A DNA stretch of 49,260 nucleotides from Bifidobacteriaceae bacterium (GTDB lineage Bacteria > Actinomycetota > Actinomycetes > Actinomycetales > WQXJ01): the NCBI GenBank assembly GCA_031255835.1, contig JAIRRT010000079.1, positions 1 through 49,260 on the forward strand. Reading direction: 5' to 3'. How positions within the stretch are numbered: the first letter of the stretch is position 1; each line of letters starts with the position of its first letter. The notes under the pieces were generated by a model. That model was given only the letters and a program-made list of their open reading frames with translations. It was not told the origin of the DNA and made no database searches. Made by a program: the position numbers and the translations under genes. Shown piece after piece: positions 29,501-36,278 of the stretch.

Positions 29501-30743
29501 CGCCCTCCGCGATGCGGCCGCAACGCCCGGCACGCTGATCGGCGCTGGCCTGGGAGATCGGCTCAATTGGTAGGCGCTGAACTTTAGTCGCCTTGGAATA
29601 CCGTGAAATCCTAGCTGTCCCAGGGTCTATCACATAGTGAATACCCGGCACCGTCAGGGACGTTTCAGCGATGTTCGTGGCCAAAACGATGCGCCGGGCG
29701 CTGTGCGCCTCGAACACTCGATGCTGTTCAGCAGCCGACAACCTGGCATACAGCGGCAAGACTTCGATCAGCCCATGCCTGCCACGCGGTGCCGCCGGCC
29801 GGTTGGCTACGGCCGCCTTGCCAGTAATCACTTGGGCATTGAATTCTTCAACGAGTGCATCAGCCGCGTCACGGATTTCTCTTTCACCTGAGCAGAACAC
29901 CAGAATGTCCCCTGGCCCCTCAGCCATCAACTCGCGCGCCGCCGTCACTATTCCGGCCGGCTGATCGGTATCGCCTTCCTCCAATGGGTGGTAGCGGATC
30001 TCAACTGGATACGTGCGGCCGGTGACTTGGATGACTGGGGCGGGTGCGGCATCGGCGGCGAAATGGGTGGCGAAAAGGTCTGAATCTATGGTGGCGGACG
30101 TGATCACCAGTTTCAGGTCAGGGCGGTTTGGTAGCAGCTGGGTCAGATATCCTAACAGGAAGTCGATGTTGAGGGAGCGTTCATGGGCCTCATCGATAAT
30201 GATCGAGTCATAGGCCCACAGCATAGGGTCGCGTTGGATTTCCGCCAGTAGGATGCCGTCCGTCATCACTTTGACAAGGGTCGTATCACTCGATTCATCG
30301 GTGAACCGAACCTGATATCCGACAATCTCGCCAAGTGGGCTCTGCAATTCTGCTGCGATACGTTCGGCAACAGTGCGGGCAGCGATTCGCCTCGGTTGGG
30401 TGTGCCCTATCTGACCGGTCCGGCCGCGGCCGAGCTCCAGCAGGATCTTCGGCAGCTGGGTTGTCTTGCCTGAGCCGGTCTCGCCAGCAACAATCACAAC
30501 CTGGTTCGCCTCAATCGCGGCGGCTATCTCAGATCGGCGCTGGCTGACAGGTAGATCGGCCGGATAGATGATCTGAGGCAGCGTGACCTCAGACCTGGCC
30601 CGCAGCCGCCTGGCCGCCTGATCACCGGGCCGCCCGGCAGGCTGGCGGCGCGGCGAGTTCGGATTCACCGGCACATTGTGCCGAACCGACAGGCCGATGC
30701 CCAACCCACCGAGCCCACCGGGCCGACTATGGTTTATCGACAT
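26571..30743 (-). CDS. hrpA: ATP-dependent RNA helicase HrpA (DEAH box)
   Basis: LPVSQRRSEIAAAIEANQVVIVAGETGSGKTTQLPK, IIDEAHERS, TNIAETSLTV and QRAGRCGR are present, with the long HrpA C-terminal region. The start is uncertain (30743 or further downstream). Confidence 0.93.
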   Translation of the reverse strand: MSINHSRPGGLGGLGIGLSVRHNVPVNPNSPRRQPAGRPGDQAARRLRARSEVTLPQIIYPADLPVSQRRSEIAAAIEANQVVIVAGETGSGKTTQLPKILLELGRGRTGQIGHTQPRRIAARTVAERIAAELQSPLGEIVGYQVRFTDESSDTTLVKVMTDGILLAEIQRDPMLWAYDSIIIDEAHERSLNIDFLLGYLTQLLPNRPDLKLVITSATIDSDLFATHFAADAAPAPVIQVTGRTYPVEIRYHPLEEGDTDQPAGIVTAARELMAEGPGDILVFCSGEREIRDAADALVEEFNAQVITGKAAVANRPAAPRGRHGLIEVLPLYARLSAAEQHRVFEAHSARRIVLATNIAETSLTVPGIHYVIDPGTARISRYSKATKVQRLPIEPISQASADQRAGRCGRIAEGVCIRLYSDQDYASRPQYTEPEILRTSLASVILRMIAVGVASSPSDITAFPFVQPPDPRGVRDGIALLTELGAITQSTNKKKPGKTVLTETGRKMAEIPVDPRLARMIVEAGRFGVVRELTILAAALSIQDVRERPLDRRDEADAAHARFTDPTSDFLTHLNLWQYLRQARRDQSSSAFRRTVRAEFLNYLRIREWQDLVAQLRRIVKPLGLVPVRRDDPTWDAASIHRALLAGLLSQIGMRADTDVGAKASTGRSGQERTGRRGPRNDYIGARGTRFAIFPGSALSANPPAWIVAAELVETSRLWARDVAGIDPAWAESVAGDLVRRVYAEPRWSAKRGAAIVDEKVLLYGLPIIAARTVQLDRTDRALARELFIRHALVDGEWQTRHKFFHANRQLIAQADDLVHRTRDRSFSVDPADLFDFYDARIAESVTSARRFDAWWKKISAKAPDMLTLTEDEIGLDSTAGADEGFPNTWQAGDFELEMTYEFSPGSPADGATVHIPIAIANQIPTDGFDWQVPGLRVELVTALIKGLPKKERVNLVPAPDTARAAVGRLGDMNEWRDATGRIPPLTEALATVFRQTRDVIVPPEAWNTERLPEHLKMRFSVDNRKGVSMSSGTDLASVVHQADPGIREAIAAVVEASTVPGGDQPGVDQPASPLLAGWAGERDNVETWDFGDLPAEISLPLQGGLVVRGYPAVVVEPAAGQPAGKNAGATEQQTVSVRLMTDQTGAAQAHQAGVRALLLNQLRLPTGRVTSRLSEPAKLALASWRSGNVAQLIEDIQAAAVDVLVTEHGGVPRTQAGYAIVRDRLLDLLEDRVYRIALTVVDLLKQAHQVDVRLADLTDLATINTAADIRRHLDSLLAPGFVLRAGERRLADLRRYVAGDAYRIERAKTARQREQQGIWLAEQMRLAHREAVEGLPPGATIPRGLSDVEWMIEEFRISLFAQTLGTARPVSEQRIRKAIAAALRPAATP

Positions 30744-32010
30744 GCCGTCAGACCGCTCTGTGCGCGTGGTCGGGTTTGGTGCGCACAACGCTGCCATCGG
30801 TGATCTTGTCCACTCGGCCTACACCATCACCCCACCCAGCGAGAGGCCCGCCGATTCTTCGCCTGGCCTCGGTCCTTTGCCGCCCCACCTCGAATCGCTC
30901 GCCACCCGGCGGCTGTGCGGTGTGGTGAGCATCGACGAGTCCGCTGGCACCGCGCTGGTGCAGGCCCGCTGCCCGTTCACCCAGGTGGTCAAAGTGCTGG
31001 CTGCCCGTGGGCTGATGCCGCTGGATGTCCCAGCCACAGCCGGGCGGACGCTGGGCGGTGCAATCAGCCGCACCTCGGTCGGCTCGGCCGCATTCCGGGT
31101 GGGCCAGGTGGGCAATTCTGTGCTGGAAATGGAGCTGCTGGCCCCGTCTGGGGACGTGATCGACGCAAAACCGGACGGTCCAAACCAAGAGGTGTTTGCC
31201 GGCATCGTGCGGGGGGATGGACCTGGCGACCATGTGATCATCTCTGCGCGTCTTGCCGTGCGCGCTGTCCCGGCTTTTGTTGCCACCCGGCAGATCGGGT
31301 TCGCCTCCCCTGCGGAACTGCAAGAGGCGATGGGCTCGGTCATCCAATCCGGCGGGCTGGACGGTGAGCCGGTCGATTTCATCGAGGCGGTCTGCGCGCC
31401 CGCAACCGGGCCGGTCATGTCGCTGGGACGCCTGGTGGGGCTGGCAGAGGCCCCGCACCATGCCGTCACCCCGTCGCGCTACTGCGGCAGCGGACCGACC
31501 TACGCCGACAGCCTGACGCCCGGTTCGACTGACCTGCTGACGTTGAGCGACTACCTGACCCGCTGGGAACCCGACGGGTATTGGCGCTCGGCCCGCTACG
31601 GGCTGCGTGCCCTCCTGGTCCGCAAGATCTGGCCCGCCCGCCTGCGCGGACGCAGCATCTATGACCGCCTGGACAGGTTCTGGGACGGACCCGGCCAAGG
31701 CCTTGACCAGCTGATTCGCCAACGCAGCCGGACCCCCCGAGTGTTTTGCGAGGTGGCAGTGCCGCTGGACAAGTTTGCCCAGTTCGCTGAGTCCGTGGCC
31801 ACCATCGCTCCCGGCCTACCGATCTGGATGGCCCCCCTGCAAACCAATCCCGCCGATGCCGCAACTCCCCCAACCACCCAATTCGAGGCCTACTGCGGCC
31901 TATGGGGCCCCGGCGCCCACCAAAAGACCGGCCACAACCCCCAGGCCCAAGCCGCCCTAGTAGAAGCAACAACCCAAGCCTCCGGCCACCCAACCCGCCC
32001 CCACCCCTGA
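30742..32010 (+). CDS. FAD-linked oxidase-like protein (DprE1/DLD-like fold); N-terminal FAD-binding subdomain atypical
   Basis: VVSIDESAGTALVQARCPFTQVVKVLAARGLMPLDVPATAGRTLGGAIS...VLEMELLAPSGDVI resembles the PCMH-type FAD-binding domain. The start is uncertain because ATG 30742 clashes with the hrpA start. Confidence 0.5.
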   Translation: MPSDRSVRVVGFGAHNAAIGDLVHSAYTITPPSERPADSSPGLGPLPPHLESLATRRLCGVVSIDESAGTALVQARCPFTQVVKVLAARGLMPLDVPATAGRTLGGAISRTSVGSAAFRVGQVGNSVLEMELLAPSGDVIDAKPDGPNQEVFAGIVRGDGPGDHVIISARLAVRAVPAFVATRQIGFASPAELQEAMGSVIQSGGLDGEPVDFIEAVCAPATGPVMSLGRLVGLAEAPHHAVTPSRYCGSGPTYADSLTPGSTDLLTLSDYLTRWEPDGYWRSARYGLRALLVRKIWPARLRGRSIYDRLDRFWDGPGQGLDQLIRQRSRTPRVFCEVAVPLDKFAQFAESVATIAPGLPIWMAPLQTNPADAATPPTTQFEAYCGLWGPGAHQKTGHNPQAQAALVEATTQASGHPTRPHP

Positions 32011-32031
32011 CCCAGTTGCAGTAGTCGCCGT

Positions 32032-32085
32032 CACCCACCCGCCGATGGCGTTCAAGGGTTGGGTGTTCGTGTTGTCGTGCGGGCG
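32032..32085. repeat. 54-bp repeat, copy 1 (CACCCNNCCGCCGATGGCGTTCAAG...GTGTTCGTGTTGT.GTGCGGGCG)
   Basis: It matches 32511-32564 with a few substitutions; the comparison was made by eye. Confidence 0.8.
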
Positions 32086-32088
32086 CGG

Positions 32089-32194
32089 TGTCGCCTCCTC
32101 ATGTACGGTTGCACCTCATACACCCCGGAACCGTCCCTGTAGTCCCCACCCCTGGGGCCCGATCAAACGGCCGGGGTTTCCCAATGCCCGCCCC
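32089..32194. repeat. About 105-bp repeat, copy 1 (TGTCGCCTCCTCATGTACGGTTGC...GATCAAACGGCCGGGGTTTCC..ATGCCCGCCCC)
   Basis: Near-identical to 34057-34161, with a handful of substitutions and one 1-nt indel. Confidence 0.85.
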
Positions 32195-32310
32195 CAAGAC
32201 AACCTCACTCGTCTTGATCACTCCCGGTCGCCCGGTTTCCCCCAGACCCCGCCCCCAGAGCACAACCCCACCCACACCCCCGTACGGTGCCGACTGCACG
32301 ATGCCGACCC

Positions 32311-32504
32311 CAACTGCCCGAATCACCACCTCACCTGGGTATCTTCCCCCCCGTTTTGGGCACTTCCGGTCGCCCCACCACCCCCACCGCCCGCTAGCTG
32401 AGCACGAATCCGCCCCCACCCCCCATCACCCCCCGGCCGCAACTGCCCAAAACACCATTTCACCCGCGGCTTCCCGTCCCTTTCTGAGCACTTCCGGTCG
32501 CCCC
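32311..32504. repeat. Degenerate tandem repeat, period about 129 bp (two units of about 66 bp: CAACTGCCCRAAWCACCA..TCACC......GCACTTCCGGTCGCCCC)
   Basis: Units lie at 32311-32376 and 32440-32504. A third CACTCCCGGTCGCCC core lies at 32219-32233. Confidence 0.7.
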
Positions 32505-32510
32505 CGCAGC

Positions 32511-32564
32511 CACCCGTCCGCCGATGGCGTTCAAGCCTTCGGTGTTCGTGTTGTGGTGCGGGCG
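32511..32564. repeat. 54-bp repeat, copy 2
   Basis: Direct repeat of 32032-32085, 479 bp downstream. Confidence 0.8.
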
Positions 32565-32875
32565 TTGGGTAGGGGTTCGATGCCGCTGGCGGCATACCTT
32601 TTGAAGACGGTCACCGAAATCTTCTCGGGATTGGTGTGTGTTAGCAGGTCTTCATGAATTCGGTGGGTTTGACAGTGGTCAGGTTACGCGACGTTCTTGC
32701 GCACCTGCAGCCTGGGGTCGCCAGCGCCGCCATCGTCGGGTGGCCGGTTCAGTGGTGCTGGACGTCTCCGGTTCGTCATCAACGGTTGACTTATATCCCC
32801 ACGCCGCCTATTACCCTCCATGGTTGCCCAAGAACAATTGTATCATAAGAGTAATACAAACTCAAGGAGTCTCAT

Positions 32876-33403
32876 CTAGACGCTCCATTCCTCGTGTTTC
32901 GGCTCGTCGTCTCCTTCGACTTTGTAAGTAAGGATATAGCCGGTCGGCGGTATTCCGACTATAGTTATGGCAACCATCTCCTCACAAACTCCGGTTTCCA
33001 AGAAATAGTCAGCCTGGCTAAATGCCGCCTCGCTTACTCTGCTGTAGGCCGCCTGGACCTCGCTATCACTCCAATCTAGGTTGTCTGCCCAAGCCACCTG
33101 AATACCCTTCCAGCTGTTTGAAGGTGGAGCAAATTCTTCTGACTGTGTTGAGTCAATAGAATCCCCCGGCGCCACGGCGGGGGTCGATGCTTTCTCGCTT
33201 GTATCCGGCTCTGGACCGCCCGGCTGATCCGTTTGAGCTGTCGAGGCTACTGATACTGGCACTCTTGCGCTCCCGTTATCACCGCACCCGGTCGCACTAG
33301 TCACGATACCCAAAGCCAAAATCCCGGCCCCAAAAGCTTGCGCTAGCGATAGGCTCTTGCGCTCCCTGGCTTCTTCGCCTTGGTTTGTGCTTCGTTCTAC
33401 CAT
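32876..33403 (-). CDS. Putative lipoprotein or secreted protein, orphan
   Basis: AAGGAG lies upstream. The signal peptide ends in ...ILALGIVTSATGC (lipobox-like), followed by an acidic Ser/Thr/Pro linker and a domain of about 90 aa. G+C is clearly lower than in neighbouring genes. Confidence 0.6.
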   Translation of the reverse strand: MVERSTNQGEEARERKSLSLAQAFGAGILALGIVTSATGCGDNGSARVPVSVASTAQTDQPGGPEPDTSEKASTPAVAPGDSIDSTQSEEFAPPSNSWKGIQVAWADNLDWSDSEVQAAYSRVSEAAFSQADYFLETGVCEEMVAITIVGIPPTGYILTYKVEGDDEPKHEEWSV

Positions 33404-34056
33404 AATGATGATTCTCCTTGCGCGTCACTAGATGCCCACACCACGATCATACCACACTCGTCGAGAAAGTGCAACAGGTATCTCAAAGGTATTGACTGAA
33501 TAGGCACAAGTGTGATGTAGTACCTGGGTGACGGTAACATCAGAAACACAAGTCCCACCGTCGAAAATGGCCTCTCCTCTTCCGCGCGGGACAGGAGAAG
33601 TTGGAGACGCTGCAGCAAGCACCACTTTAGAATTGCGCGGCCGGCATCCACCAGGTTCATCCCGAGAACCTGGCCCAGCGACCGTGCTTGAGACAAATCT
33701 CGCGATTTCGTTGGAGCGCGGCGGGGTGGTGTCGGTGTGCCTGATGTGGAAAGTGCTCCTCACCTGGGAGAATTGGGGTTAGAAAGAGCCGATTGTGACT
33801 AGATGAAGGAGCACTTGCGAAGTAAAGTCTACGTCGTTTTGTCCCAAGGTCCGGGCGGTGGCCGGGAAGTCACGTTCGGTATCTTTGGCGGGCGGTGCTT
33901 TGTTGACCGAGGTGGTGCGTGTTTCGGGGTTGAGGGCCGGACTCTCGGCGGGGTTGGCGCTGGTTCGGCATAATCTCGGCTGGGTTGGTTGTCAGTGTGA
34001 TTCGAGGAAGGCGATGAGCGTGTCGGGTGGATGGAATCGTCCTGGAGTGCGGCCGT

Positions 34057-34161
34057 TGTCGCCTCCTCATGTACGGTTGCGCTCATACACCCCGGAACCG
34101 TCCCTGTAGTCCCCGCCCGTGGGGGCCGATCAAACGGCCGGGGTTTCCTCATGCCCGCCCC
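34057..34161. repeat. About 105-bp repeat, copy 2
   Basis: Direct repeat of 32089-32194, about 1.97 kb downstream. The two copies bracket the lower-GC lipoprotein cassette. Confidence 0.85.
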
Positions 34162-34392
34162 AACGCAACCACTCGGTCAGGAACTGCACGGGACCGTCGG
34201 CGCGGCGGCGTGCCTCAGTTGGGTTGGTTCAGGCTGAGGGGTTGCGGTGCCTCCCAGCGTCACACCTGGCACCGCGTCTTGTCCCGCACGCAGACGCCCG
34301 TTCGTATTCGATGCGCCGCGCACGCGGCTACAACAAGAACTACGCCAAGCCGAAGACACCGCGCAAGCGCGCGATGTCTTGCGTCGGCAGAG

Positions 34393-35124
34393 TCACCCAT
34401 CCACTGCGCCAGGCGAGGTGTACCGTGCAGATCCTGAGATCCACTGCCACGCTCGGCTGATTGACACAGTCCAGTCATTCCTGACCTCAGCCACCTCGTC
34501 CGATCCGTTCTTGGACGCCTCACCGATGATCACAAGAACAGGCCCCAAAGCTACGGTCGCATCAGTTCTTCGTGCAAACCTGGTATCCATGAAGCTGCAG
34601 CCGATCTCGCGGACCGCACGCGAATCCAAGCTTGGTGAACGCCAGGCTCGACGAACCTTCTTTGTTGGAACATGCCACATCCTCAACGGCTCTACGGCAC
34701 CACGGAGAGTGTCCGGATTCTCGTCAGACCAGTCCTCGTCTACTACGTTAGAAGAGAAGACAAGGGGGTCTCCCTCTCGGCTGTAAGACGCACAGAATGC
34801 GTCACCGTCCACCAATTCCTGGCTCAGGCCTATCTCCACTCTATCGAGAGGCACCGGATCGGAAAACCGTATCGCAACCGACTGATGGCGTTCGGCTATG
34901 GTGTGGTGAATCGTGAGCGATTCGCTTGTCTGACTTGGCTCTGACTCCACCAGGTTGATGACAATCTCACCGTTCCCTGAGTCGCCGACTTCGAGCCCTG
35001 CATAGGTTATGACCAGTGCGCCCAGCGTGGCCACAGCAAGAACCCCACTAGCCGTGAGACCCCGCTGTGCCCAGGCAGAGGATCGCAGCTCGGCCTGGCC
35101 CAACGCTCTATTGGGTCCAAGCAC
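34393..35124 (-). CDS. Hypothetical protein with an N-terminal TM anchor, orphan
   Basis: 243-aa ORF with a GTG start. The TM segment is GVLAVATLGALVITYAGL. No family was recognised, and the 3' end is uncertain. Confidence 0.45.
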   Translation of the reverse strand: MLGPNRALGQAELRSSAWAQRGLTASGVLAVATLGALVITYAGLEVGDSGNGEIVINLVESEPSQTSESLTIHHTIAERHQSVAIRFSDPVPLDRVEIGLSQELVDGDAFCASYSREGDPLVFSSNVVDEDWSDENPDTLRGAVEPLRMWHVPTKKVRRAWRSPSLDSRAVREIGCSFMDTRFARRTDATVALGPVLVIIGEASKNGSDEVAEVRNDWTVSISRAWQWISGSARYTSPGAVDG

Positions 35125-35303
35125 GCAACGACCCTAGCAGCGCCCAAGGCAACGAGCTATGCCACCCGGGCGATGGGCGGGAAGCGGTCCTGCTCGAGGC
35201 GTCGGCCTTCTTGCGGAGCGGCTCCAACGCGCAGGGTCATAGGCTGGCTGTACAGTCGAAGGCGCCCGAGACACTCTGGTTTCGGAGAGGATTGTGAGCA
35301 GCT

Positions 35304-36245
35304 ATGACCGACCTGACTCCTACCGGAGCGCCACCCGCCGATGACCTGTTCCGGCGTGTCACCGAGCTGATCGAGAGTGGAAGGCGCGTCGCAGCCATGC
35401 AAACCAACGCCGCCCTCACGATGACGCACTGGTTCGTCGGGCGGCTGGTATCGGAGACGATCCTCAGACAGGAGCGAGCTGAGTATGGGAGGCAGATTGT
35501 CGCGTCACTGGCGCGACAATTGACGTGGACCCACATCGTGGAGATCCTCCCCATCAGGTCGGACGACGCCCGAGCCTTCTACGCACAGCAAGCCGTCGAG
35601 CAGCACCTCAGCGTCCGCGAGTTGCGTCACGCCATCTCGCGCAAAGCGTTCGAGCGCAGGGAGATCGCTGGCTCCCGCATCGTTCCCGGCTCGGCGGTAC
35701 CGATGGACGCGTTCAAGGACCCGTACCTCCTGGACTTCCTTGGACTGGAGGAGGCATACGAAGAGTCAGACCTGGAGGAGGCCATCCTTCGAGAGTTGGA
35801 GAGATTCTTGCTGGAATTCGGAAGAGGATTTGCGTTCGTGGAGCGGCAGAAACGCATGTCGTTCGACAGCGATGATTTCTACCTGGATCTCCTGTTCTTT
35901 TCTCGACCTCTGCGCCGTTTGGTAGCCGTGGAACTCAAACTCGGCAAGTTCAAACCAGCCTACGAAGGACAAATGCGCCTCTATTTGAAATGGCTCGACC
36001 GATACGACCGTATGCCCGGCGAGGACTCCCCCATCGGTCTCATCCTGTGCACTAAGGCAAGCCGGGAGCAGGTCGAGTTGATGGAGTTGGACAAGGAGGG
36101 CATCGCCGTCGCCGAGTATTGGACTGACCTGCCTCCCAAGAAAGAGTTGGAGGAGCGTCTGGCGATCATCCTCCGCGACGCCAAGGAGCGCCTGGCACGG
36201 CGGCGACTACCCGCCGACCCCGAGGCGGAGTCAGGCATCGCCTGA
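35304..36245 (+). CDS. PDDEXK nuclease-fold protein, YhcG/DUF1016 family
   Basis: C-terminal LLEFGRGFAFVERQKRMSFDSDDFYLDLLFFSRPLRRLVAVELKLGKFKPAYEGQMRLYLKWLD is the characteristic D...(D/E)xK core of DUF1016. The N-terminal YhcG_N-like helices are also present. Confidence 0.85.
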   Translation: MTDLTPTGAPPADDLFRRVTELIESGRRVAAMQTNAALTMTHWFVGRLVSETILRQERAEYGRQIVASLARQLTWTHIVEILPIRSDDARAFYAQQAVEQHLSVRELRHAISRKAFERREIAGSRIVPGSAVPMDAFKDPYLLDFLGLEEAYEESDLEEAILRELERFLLEFGRGFAFVERQKRMSFDSDDFYLDLLFFSRPLRRLVAVELKLGKFKPAYEGQMRLYLKWLDRYDRMPGEDSPIGLILCTKASREQVELMELDKEGIAVAEYWTDLPPKKELEERLAIILRDAKERLARRRLPADPEAESGIA

Positions 36246-36278
36246 CCCGGGCTCTGCCACCCTGGTGCTGGTGGTGGG

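Noticed and set aside
32570-32600. GGGGTTCGATGCCGC, resembling a tRNA T-arm and suggesting a tRNA fragment or att site
   Set aside because: The flanking bases do not form a T-stem or acceptor stem, and no cloverleaf can be drawn.
32045-32657. ORFs of 118-189 aa in the C-rich repeat region, and the matching ORFs 33829-34152 (minus) and 34027-34437 (plus)
   Set aside because: They are Pro/Arg/His-rich translations. A 1-nt indel between the two 105-bp repeat copies shifts the frame, so conservation is at the DNA or RNA level and not the protein level.
33404-33830. ORFs of 84-111 aa (33397-33696, 33428-33763, 33528-33782) in the low-GC spacer
   Set aside because: They have no RBS, no recognisable motifs and overlap one another in different frames. 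The region is treated as non-coding or decayed DNA, including the promoter region of the lipoprotein gene.
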